Of a stretch of DNA of 64,000 bases, positions 39,601-51,600 are shown in pieces; within the stretch, counting starts at the first letter, position 1; the number at the start of each line of letters is the position of its first letter. Under the pieces are notes generated by a model. The model ran no database searches. It was not told the origin of the DNA and saw only the letters and a list, made by a program, of their open reading frames with translations. This DNA is from Antedon mediterranea (lineage: Eukaryota; Animalia; Echinodermata): NCBI RefSeq assembly GCF_964355755.1, contig NC_092678.1, positions 12,646,352-12,710,351 on the forward strand, given 5' to 3'. A program made the translations under genes and the position numbers.

Positions 39601-42600
39601 GAGGAAGTAGAGAGTGAAGCTGTAAAATTAAAAGAATTAGAGTTACAAATGGCTAAGATGGAAATTGATAAAGAGAGAATGATGATGGAAATGGAAATGG
39701 AGAGGGCAAAGCAAAAAGCAGATGTAGAGTTAGAGCTTGCGAAATTGCAGTACCAAATTGAAAGAGACATTATTGAGAGAGAGAGAGAAGGAAAAGTAAA
39801 TGTTGCTAGTGCGCCTGATGCTTTCGATGCGTCTAAACACATTAGGCTTGTTCCAAAATTTCAGGAAACCGAAGTTGATAAATATTTTCAACACTTTGAA
39901 AAAATTGCGTACAGTATGAAGTGGCCGAAAGAAAAGTGGACCCTTCTGTTACAGAGTGTTTTCATAGGGAAAGCACGTGAAATTTATTCGGCTCTACCCC
40001 TTTATGAATGTAGTGATTATGAAATAGTGAAGAAAGCAGTGCTCAGTGCTTACGAACTTGTGCCAGAAGCTTACCGACAAAGATTTAGAGATGCGAGGAT
40101 ACAGTGTGAACAAACACATGTGGAGTTGATGAACGTAAAATTGATACATTAAAAGACGCAGCAGTATATGCCGATGACTATGCATTGACTCATAAATTAA
40201 GTGCGAAAAACATAAATAATCCTAACCATGAGGATAAACCACGTGATTACAAACGGGTATCTGATACTAAGAGACAGAGTCCGTTTAAGAGTAAGCGTTG
40301 GGATAAGCCTAAGGTATTAACATGTTACCATTGCAAAAAACCAGGACATGTTATGTCTCAATGTTATTTTCTCAAACGTAACTCAAGTAACAAATCTTCT
40401 CTTCCAGTAGGATGTGCTACATTAAAAGGGGACACCAACGTTTCAAAAGTAAATAAGCAAATTGAATGTAATAAAACTAATGAAAATTTTGCACCATTTA
40501 TGTCAGAGGCACGGGTATCGCTAAAAGGTGATGATTGCTTTAAACGCATTAGGGTCATGCGAGATACATGCTGTGCCCAATCTATGATGTTGGAAGGAGC
40601 TCTTTCTTTCGGTAAAAGTAGTTCTACGAGTATGACCGCGTTAATTCGAGGTGTGGGGATGAATGTTATTAATGTCCCGTTACACAAAGTAATAATTGAT
40701 TCTGAATTAGTTAAAGGGGAAGCGATAATAGGTGTTGTACCGGAGCTTCCAGTAGAGGGAATTGATATGCTTTTGGGTAATGATTTGGCTGGCGGTAGGG
40801 TGTTACCTGAATTAATGATTAACGATAATTTAACTCGCACACTACAAGAGTCTAATGTGCTATGTGAAACTGGTACGCCCGACAATGATTGGGAATACCC
40901 CGCCTGCGCTGTAACACGTGCAATGACACAGAAAATTGAAGATAGAATGTCCGATAACGATGGATTAGATTTAGAGGGGACATTCATGTCAAATCTAGAA
41001 TTTTATAACCCAGGTGAAGATATCAAAAAGACAAAGTGCGACACTTCCTTAAATGTAGGGTCAGGTGAACCCAAAAGTAGAAAAAGAGAGCCTTTAAGTA
41101 CAGAAATGTTGATCAAGGAACAAGAAGATGATTCATTTATACAGAAATTGGGGTCTAGGGTGTTACCTAAGGAGGAGGCGGCAAAACTACCGGTCTGCTT
41201 CTATAAAGAAAATAACGTTGTTATGAGAAAATGGAGGCCACGTCATGCACAGGTACATGATGTGTGGGCTGTGGTACATCAAATTGTAGTCCCGAAAGTC
41301 TATCACGACGATGTAATAGGCATAGCCCATGACAACTCTATGTCAGGGCACTTGGGTGTTAGAAAAACACATGATAAAATTATTCAACATTTCTGGTGGC
41401 CATCTCTTAAAAAGGAAGTATCACGCTATTGCCGTTTGTGCCACATATGCCAGGTTGTGGGAAAGCCAAATAAGAAAATTCCGGTAGCACCGCTTAAGCC
41501 AATACCCGCTTTTGGGGAACCATTCAGCAAAGTTATGATAGATTGCGTTGGTCCATTGCCAAAAACAAAGTCCGGAAATCAATATCTCCTTACTATTATG
41601 TGCTGCTCTACGCGTTTTCCCGAAGCAGTCCCACTTAGAAATATTAAGGCAGCAACGGTAGTCAAAGCTTTAATTAAATTCTTCACATTAGTTGGTTTGC
41701 CTACATCAATTCAATCTGACCAGGGCACTAATTTTAAATCAGGGTTATTCCAACAAATTATGTTACAATTGGGCATAGAGCAATCAACATCTAGTGCGTA
41801 TCACCCAGAGTCAAGGTGCTATAGAAAGATTTCACCAAACGTTAAAAAACATGTTAAGGGCATATTGTGTAGAGTTTCAAAGGGAATGGGACGAAGGGGT
41901 ACATTTAGTTCTTTTTGCAGCCAGAGAATCTGTACAAGAAACATTAGGTTTCAGCCCATTTCAGTTGGTCTTCGGTCACTCCGTGCGGGGACCATTAAAA
42001 TTGCTGAAAGATAAGTGGCTCCAGGGAGAACTAAATAATGTAAATTTATTGGATTATGTATGTGACTTTAGGCATAAACTTAACAGGGCGACCGTCATTG
42101 CTAAAGCAAATTTAGTAAAAGCACAAACTAAGATGAAAACTTGGTATGATAAAAATGCAAAAAGCAGGGGTTTTAAACCTGGGGACAAGGTTCTGGCGTT
42201 GTTTCCCATTCAGGGGAGCCCAATGCAAGCGCGATTTCACGGTCCATACAAAATCGACTCAAAAATAAATGATCTAAATTATGTCATAAATACACCAGGG
42301 AGACGGAAGAGTAGACAATTATGTCACATTAATATGCTTAAAAAATATGCCGAACATGGTTCTAGCGATGTAAAACCAAATTGTGCGGCTGTAGCTTGTA
42401 ACAATGACGGTGGCTCTCACAATGATTTAAAAGAAAAGGGCAAGAAATATGATTTAAAACTAAGCAACTCTGATGTAATGAACAATTTACAACAAAAGTT
42501 AACTCATTTATCAATAGAACAACAGAGTCAATTGAGTACACTGGTGAATAAATGGAACGGTATCTTTTCTGACACCCCTAGTGTAACAAATGCTGCAATC

Positions 42601-45600
42601 CATGATATCATTGTTGGGGATACACAACCTATTAAGCAACATCCTTACAGGGTGAATCCAATTAAAATGAAGTATCTCCATAAGGAAATTGAATATATGT
42701 TAAAAAATAGTATAATTGAGCTTAGTAAAAGCGACTGGAGTTCGCCATGCATGCTTGTTCCCAAGTCTGATGGTTCATATAGACTCGTGGCGGATATGCG
42801 AGCAGTTAATCGTTGTTCAAAAACAGACTCGTATCCAATTCCGAGAATTGAAGATTTAATAGATAAGGTGGGGAACGCAAAATTTGTTAGTAAATTTGAC
42901 CTTTTAAAAGGCTACTGGCAAGTGCCACTAACGCCGCGCGCCCAGGAAATTTCTGCTTTCTGTACCCCGTTCGGGCTTTATCAATACAGGGTGATGCCGT
43001 TTGGCCTTAAGAATGCGCCCGCGACATTTCAGCGAATGGTAAATCGACTTGTAGCTAACGTAGAAGGCTGCGAGGCGTATGTTGATGACCTGATAGTATA
43101 CAGTCAAACTTGGGAGCAACACATGCAACAGTTAAATGAAATGTTTAGAGCTTTGTCACAAGCAAACCTAACTGTAAACTTAAGTAAGAGTGAATTCTGT
43201 CATGCTACGGTTACGTATCTTGGTCATGTTGTGGGGCAGGGAAGGGTTAGACCCATCAGGGCTAAGGTTGAGAGTATTTATCGGTACCCAGCACCCACAA
43301 ACAAAAAATCGTTGATGAGGTTTTTAGGGATGGTGGGGTACTATCGGAAGTTTTGTCCCAATTTTTCTAGCGTAGCAGGTCCTCTTACAGAATTGCTTAA
43401 GAAGAATGTAAAATTCAAGTGGTCGGATATATGTGAAAGTGCCTTTAGGAAAATTAAGTCTATGCTAATGTGTGAACCAATCCTTATAGCACCGGATTTT
43501 AAGAAACAATTCCGTTTGTATGTAGACGCCTGTGATGTGGGGATTGGTAGCGTTCTCATGCAGAAGAACGTTGATGGGATAGAATGTCCCGTATGTTATT
43601 TTTCTAGAAAATTAGGTAAACATCAAATGAATTATTCGACTATTGAGAAAGAATGTCTGGCACTATTGGAGTCGTTAACGCATTTTGATGTATATCTAAG
43701 CACTACCGTAGACCCAATACTTGTGTTCACTGACCACAACCCACTTACCTTTATTTATAAAATGCGAAATAAAAATCAGCGGTTGCTGAGGTGGGGACTA
43801 ACTTTACAAGAATACAATGTCTAGATTAAGCATGTTAAAGGAAAGGAAAATGTGATTGCCGACGCTCTGTCTCGTGGGGTGTGAACAATATAAATATTAT
43901 GAATGTAACGCAAATGAATATAAATATTATGAATGTAATGCAAATGAACATAAATATTATGAATGTAACGCAAATGAATATAAATATTATGAATGTAATG
44001 CAAATGAACATAAATATTATGAATGTAATGCAAATGAATATAATGTTATGAATGTAATGCAAATGAATAAAGATGTGTAAAATTAAGAATTATAAAAAAA
44101 AAATGTATGTATACTTGTGTGAAAAAATAAATAAAATAGTGATATGTAGGAGGCCTAAGGTAAAGAAAAAGTAGGAAATGCAATAAAAATTGAAGTGTTA
44201 AAAAAAAAAAAAAAAGTAGATGAATAAAATGAAAATATATGATGTAATGTGAAATTGAAATTGGGTAATAAATTAGAGATGTTTTTGTAAATACCAGTGG
44301 TTGGTGAGGAGGCACCAAAAGTTTTCCTGACGAAAAACTAACTTTAAGGAGGAGAGTGTTACGTGTGACGAGATTCAGGTGTCACATGTCATATGCAAAT
44401 GAATCAAGTCGCCGGTGGTCAAGTGGACGAGTCAGAATGGAGCATGGTGGTGCGCGGTATTTTGGAAAGCTGTGCTGGGTGTGTGATACAATTAGGAAGG
44501 GAGTGACTCAGGAGACAGGGCCAGCTAAGGACGCTTGCGGTTAGAACTGTGCTTGAGACTGGAAGCAAGGCAGGACGATAAGAATGGGGAGGTTGTGATG
44601 CGTACAGATGGCCAGGCAAACCAACCACTTGGTATCATACGTATCTATAATTGTGTTGTCATGTATTTTGTGCTTCGTGAAAGGAAATAAATGGAGCTCG
44701 TGCTCTTTGCATAATACTCTTGAGTGTCGACTATTGTTTGTTCCAAGCCTCGTTGTTGCTATTTATTTAGGTATTTCGGCCTAGGCCAAAAGTGGTCGTA
44801 ACAGTTCTTTAAAGTGCACACGGACAAACTGTATACATTAAATGGATACATAAAATAATGGTGATAATGATGTTCATACTCTAGGCTATTCTGAAGATGC
44901 TGATTGCCCACAAGTATATATATATATTTTTTTATTTATTAAACTTTATCACTGCATACAAAAACAGCCAAAAGAAAGGGATGAACAGGTGACAAGCACC
45001 TCTATCCACATCCCCCCTTAACATTACATAACAGTAACAAAAATACATACAAACAAACATACCAACTGAACTATTGATGCCTGCAACGGGAACATCGGCA
45101 ACGTGATATCCACGTGCATGTATTATTTGGGTCAAAATTGTTTTTCAATTTTTCACCGTAAAATTTACAAACAGGCTTATTGAAAAGTAAATGAGAATTG
45201 TTAGACCTCATTCGATACGGTAACTTATTCCAAATGGGGATAATCCTTTGAAAATATGATAATTTGTGAAATTCAGTTTTACACTTTTCGTACATAAGAA
45301 CATGCTGGTCAGATGCAGTTCTTGTAATTCGACAACCTTCGGTAGAAGAATTAAATTTTACATCAATTTGAATATCGCAATGGCCATATTTACACTTGTG
45401 AAAAAGCTTGAGATCAGCTACTTCTCTTCTGTAAGAAAGCGGTAGGAGATTAAGCTCGTCAAGTCTTTGTTTGTAATCGAATTCGGCATAGTAAAGGATA
45501 CATTTAGTGGCCCACCGTTGAATTCGTTCCACTTTAATTAAATTACGTTTAGAGGTTCCACTCCAGATAGAGCTACAATATTCAAGATCACTCCTTATGA

Positions 45601-48600
45601 GAGCTTTATAAAGGATTAACGCAACCTCAATTGGTGCAGTATAGCCTATTGCATGTTTTATCATACCCATTTTCATATTGCATTTTTTAACAATATTATC
45701 AATATGTTCATCCCAACACAAGTTGGATGCTACTTTTACACCAATATCCTTAACATTGTATTTTTGGATTAATTTTATGAGTTTACATTCTGTAAACTGT
45801 ACAACAACAAAAAACGATCAATATCAACGTTAAAGATATATTATCCCGCTGAAAAAATAATTCTTAAAAACAGTTTTATTGAATATGCCATTTTAATGTC
45901 ACATAATAATTATCCACTTTGACCGAAAATTGAATAGAAAAAAAAATGTCTTTTTGATTGAATTTAACTCTTTGTTTTGTTATTTTATAAGTAAAAACAA
46001 TTTTTCTACTTTATTATTACTAAAAAATAACCCATTCAAAGTCTGATTTAAATAATCTTCATTTTTTTATAGAAATTATTTAGAATTTACCTACACAGCA
46101 ACAACCTTAGAACGTTGAAAAATTAAAACAAAATATATAATTTCCAGCAATAATAAAAAAAAAAAAAAAACATTTATAGGGACACTAAATATAAAAACAA
46201 TACACTTACTGTTATTATAATGCGTTTTACGCTTTTTAAAGTCTTTAAGCTTTACTTGTGCTGATATTCAGTCATTGATGTGTCCACCAAATGATGGTAG
46301 GCAACTATACAGACGTTATTCACAAGGTAACTACACAGAAGCAGCAGTATCAGATGCATTGCTAACAGTTAATGATAAAATACTAACATCAGTTACTACA
46401 GCAATTGAAGAGAATCGAACAATAGCATTTATAGGCACAGATAATGGACAACTTATTAAGGTTAGTAGGCCACGTAAACAAATAATTGATCGTCTTTTAA
46501 AACTCACTTGGACAAAAAAAAATGAAGTATGATTGTTATGTTTTGTGTATCAGTATTTTCCCTTTCGATTTAGTTTATATAAATATGATTTAAATTTTGG
46601 CATTTTAGTTCCATCAGCAAAGAAAGAAACAACATTCGTCGGATGTTCATCTGATGAACATTCTTTACAGGACATTCTCTAATTAGGACTAGCTCTTACC
46701 ATTCCTACAATAAAGTTTAAATAAAGTAGGTCCTTAGTATTGTTAAATAAGTTGTTTTCATCCAATTTGTCAGGCTGAGTTAACAAACAAAACATCATCT
46801 AGAGTGTATGAAACTATCACCATAGATACAGGTCAAGAGATCAGATCAGACACATTTATAGATAAAACATCTTATTATATAATAGCACTCACTGCAAAAA
46901 AGGTCAGTTTTTTCTAATTTGATGTTATGTTTATCCTAATTTATTTTTATTATTTGATTTTTTTATACATAGTATAATTTTCCTTGTTCATCCATATATA
47001 AGGATTATTCGTTTTATTTTATTTATTTTGCTCTTTTTAAAATTACAAAAAAAAAAAAACCAATAAAAGAAATCAACAATAACATTTTCACCGTCTCTTC
47101 ACAAAGGCCGGGGGAATCACCACAATAATAAAAACCAGTAAACATCCTGTTTAAGCTAAGATGCTTACAGTTTTTATACTTTTGATTAGTTGGTCAAGCT
47201 ACAAGTAGCTAACTGCAGTCAGTTTATCACATGTGATGAGTGTATCAGACCAGATCAACTAGATGCAGATCCTTATTGTGGATGGTGTACACTACACAAA
47301 AAGTAAATAGAGTTTTTTTTTTCTTTTTTTTCAATCCCAAATTATTATTTTATCTTTCCTAATGCATTTGACAAATTATTAGGATATATATTTTTTTAAA
47401 ACTTTTTCAGATATTTTTGCAAAATAATAAACTATGAAAATAAATGTTAGAAATTAGTTTTAAACGCGAAATTATTTCAGGCTTAATTATTTCTTTAATT
47501 AATTAATTATTTTTAAAAAATACAAACAGTTTAAAACAAATCTTAGTAGGCCTACAAATAAAGAATTTAAATATTCTTTAGTGCATATAGCACTTACATT
47601 TGTCTCTTTTTATTTTAGATGTACCAGATTTAAAGAATGCCAACAGTCTCTCTGGTTGCCAAGCAACAGTGCACAATGCGTAGAGATTAGAAGTGTTGAA
47701 CCACCTTTTATTCCTCAAACTTTTGAAAATATCAGCGTGAGTTGTGAAGAACAATTCATGAAATTTGTTTTCTAGGCTTGTAATATTTTTTAAATAAATA
47801 ATGTTGCCATTAGCTTGAGAATTTAAGCACTACTAAGGCAGGGGTACTAGTACAAACTAAATCTATATTATCGGTACATCTATATTATAGGGTTCAATGG
47901 CTCGGCCATAACAATTCTGGACTCAAAACTGGCTGGGGCCTAGTGTACATCTGGCTTGTGATGCTTGTTCACAATGGGAATTATACAATTATTTATTAAC
48001 AAGTTTTAATATGTATGCAACTCCAATAAGCAGATAGCTTAAATGTTTTTTCCATAGATTTCTTTAACTGTTGAGCAACTTCCTTCCTTAAACATCAACC
48101 AAAATTATAATTGTAAATTTGGTGACTTTCAATCATCTGCCATACAAGATAGAGAAACATTGACTTGTAATTCACCGCCTTTATCACATGTGCCACAGAT
48201 ACCAACCAGCCAAGGTGAGTTAAACATTTATGCTAATATGCTTTACTTTCTGTTTTATTTTTTTTATTTAATGTAACTGTAGCAGTGCCTGTACTAGTAT
48301 TTCACACATGGTACGCATTCTCCTCGGTAAGAGGTGTAATACTATTAATAGCTCATGAGGAAATAGGTTTTAGCACACACTATGGAGTACAGAAATCATG
48401 CACTCACTACTCTACCTTGGCAACAAGGGGGATTCCCCCAAAGTGACCCTTGTTTCAACCTACTGATATCTTAAGCTCTGTCTACACTAGATTAACAAAA
48501 CAAATATGGTAGTGATATGCCCAAATATGGTAGTGATATCACATCATCCTCTCTATATATGTGCACATAACATATTTTGGGAGTCATTTGGACCAACTAT

Positions 48601-51600
48601 TTAAACCTATCTACCTCGGGAAAAAGTAAGTAATTAAATATTACATTTAGGTTTTTTGTAGAGATTTTTTGTATTTACCCATCATGAAATGCATTTGAAA
48701 TTAAGGCCTAGGCCTACACAGTAGCTAACCTCTAAATAATTTGTTTACAGCTTTTGTTGATGTTATTTTATCAGTTCACTCATCTGTAACTGATGTTGAT
48801 TTTGTTTCCACTGACTTTACATTCTTTGACTGCAGTGCCATTACTTCGTAAGTACTGATTGTTGAATTTTTTTTATAAGAATGTGTAATAAATACACATT
48901 TAAAAATATTTCAAATTTCACTACTTTAACTATCAAATTTTTATTGTAAACACACATTTTCTAAAGATAACAACAAAATAAAAGGATCTGAAATTCAAGT
49001 GACACATTTTAAGGAAATAAATGTTTATTTAGTTTCTACTGTACCAGGATGTACATAAACTGTAATCTGTAAGTATAGGAAATAAAATAAAATATTGATA
49101 ATATTGTTGTAATGGGACAGTTGTAATTGTGTAATACGATACTGTACAAACATGTGTCACACAGCCGCAACCACGGCTCTTTTGAAAATATAATTCATTT
49201 GCACCAACAACAAACAACAGTAAATAGCCACAACTGGACAACTCTCAATAATGTAACAAGAAATGTAATGTAACAAAAAAAAACAACCAATTCTCAAACA
49301 ATCGCCCTTTACAGTATCCCTATTCCCAATACAATTTATACCATTCTCCAAATTTCCCAATCCTTCGAGACAAAATATCAACAATCTTCTTATTGTCAAA
49401 TAAATCCTAGAAACCCCCCTTTCAAATACAATAATATCACAGGATGAATAATTAAACGAATAATAAAGGTCCACAATATCGTTCCTTTTTGTCTTCTCTC
49501 CTCCGCTGACACAAAAAAAAATTAGAAAAATAAAAACGATTCTGCAACTAAACAACTCCCACGCCTCTGCTCCTGTTCTGCTGGTATTACCAATTACAAT
49601 TCTTCCCAAACTGCAACTATTTTCTTACATATAAGTAAATTAAAAAGAAAGTTAAAATGTTTCTTGATGTTGTTCTGTACTGCAATCCGCTCCCTTGTAA
49701 TATGGTGGCGCTAGATCCCAATTTGCATACACACCTGAGTGGTGGCGTGCTAGGTATTACTGTATATAAAGGACGTGTTGTTTTGCCATTAAACACTTGT
49801 ACTTATCGTAACTTACATGGTTGTCTCTTTGTCTCATTTCTTTCGTTTAACACCAGACTTTACAATTACAATTATTTCTTTCTCCTTTTCACGTAAAGTT
49901 ACTCTTCAATACTTTCAACAATTCTTTAAATTCAATTAACTCTGCTATTTCCAACAGTTATTTCTTTCTTCAATTTACATACACAATTAATCTTCAGTAA
50001 TCTCAACAATTAACAGTTCTACATTTAAGTACAGCCTTATGGGATTACTTCCATTTCACTATTTATTTTACTTTATGTATCTCACTTTATTTACTTTATG
50101 CTTCTGCTTTATCACCACAACAATTACTTTCTTCTCCACTGTACGTCTTGTTTCTCATACCAATGTTCACCTATCCCTTTCTTGCTTAACATTTCATCCT
50201 TCTCCTATTCTGTCTCCTCTCATTTTTCATCTCTTCCCAAATTCCCTCAATTATACACATACCACCACCTTATCCTTCTCCACCAATCAGCAACTCACAC
50301 ACTAACTTAACTCTTATACCTCTTCTCCAATCAGCAACCTCCACACAATCCTTCTCTGCAACACAAATACTCTGCTTCACTAGCTTCACACAGTAGCTTC
50401 CTAAAACAAAAGAAAGGTTCAAATAGTGAAAAACAAAGGGAAAGTAAAAATGGACTAGCAAAATATATATACAACTTTTTGTCACAATTGTCACAACATG
50501 TACAAAGCATACGATCGAGATTGGTTCTTTATATTTCAAATATATTTTGGATTGTGAACATAACAAATATTTATAGCTCTGAGGGAATTAATAAACAGAA
50601 TCAAATATTTAAAACCATAATGTGTCAACACTTAATTATTATTGTTTTATTCTTCAGTATTTGAAATCAGATATACAATATTTCATTAAAGTTAACCAAT
50701 AAAACTTCGTTTTAAGACATTTTGCCACAAGGAACTATATATCAACTTATCAGTTCTGGGTTGTGTTTAGTTTATTTGTATTACATTAGGCCCTATTTAT
50801 AATCAAATAAAAGAAAGGTCCCCTTAATCAACTTGAGTTTGTAAGGCAATGAAATACTATTTTTAATCATCTTTATTCTTATAATTTGTAATTATGTTTT
50901 GAAAATTAAAATACTATCAATCAAGCTCTTGAGTTGTTCCAACATTTCTGGAAAACAAAATAAATATCTGGTGGCTTATAAAAGCATGCCAACACCTTAG
51001 AGCACACTAAGGTTTTCAAACAAATATCCAGAACTTTTGGATTCTTAAGAACATTGTGATTTTTCCAGCTTAGTTTCTAATTTTAACTGAAAGAAAGTTG
51101 ACTGTATATGTCATAAATCATACTACAGGAAGGAATTTAGTTTAGATTGTAATAGAAAACTATTTATGTGGCGTATTTACAAATTTTTAAAACATCTGTT
51201 GAGAGACCAAACTTTAGTTGTACGGTATACTCAATTATATATTGTATTTGGCCTCATCATAAATACTTATTTTCATTAAATTTAAACAGGGTGATATTCA
51301 CACCCTGTTTAAAAACAGTTACTAGGTTAATTTCGCACTATGTAATGTGAATTATTTTCTCCCATTGTTCAAAGTAATATTAACAATATACATACGTAGA
51401 GACTAGTGTGATCTAAAAAATTCTCCTTTAAAAAAAAACAAATATGCAAAAATGAATGAATTGGACTCTTGAAATTGAGAAGAATTTAAACTTTATCAAA
51501 CTTTGATGCGTTTGCACTGGTCATTACATCAACAGATTACTGTATACATTTGTGCTCAGAATTGTTAAATAAATACAATAGATCATTATGTTAATTCAGT

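Larger units (their letters stand above)
38837..44803 (+). mobile_element. Full-length Ty3/gypsy LTR retrotransposon, Gmr1-like domain order (Gag-PR-IN-RT-RH), disabled
   Basis: LTRs TGTTACG...CGTAACA, 4-bp TSD GTTC, PBS, PPT and all pol domains present. Confidence 0.95.

Noticed and set aside
40100-40200. Programmed ribosomal frameshift between gag and pol
   Set aside because: The break falls inside Gag before the zinc knuckle and coincides with an apparent deletion; no clear slippery heptamer.
39243-40987. Minus-strand ORFs of 199 and 207 aa
   Set aside because: Antisense shadows of gag-pol with no recognisable motifs.
43821-44080. Repetitive ORFs (HYIHNIY.., YYECNANE..)
   Set aside because: They are translations of the 30-bp tandem repeat.
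38837-44803. Ty1/copia assignment because integrase precedes RT
   Set aside because: RT, RNase H and integrase motifs (DLLKGYWQV, MPFGLKNAP, TDHNPL, GHLG, GPY) are Ty3/gypsy-type.
49029-50664. Cluster of hydrophobic ORFs
   Set aside because: A compositional artefact of the skewed solo-LTR-like sequence; absent from the paralog.
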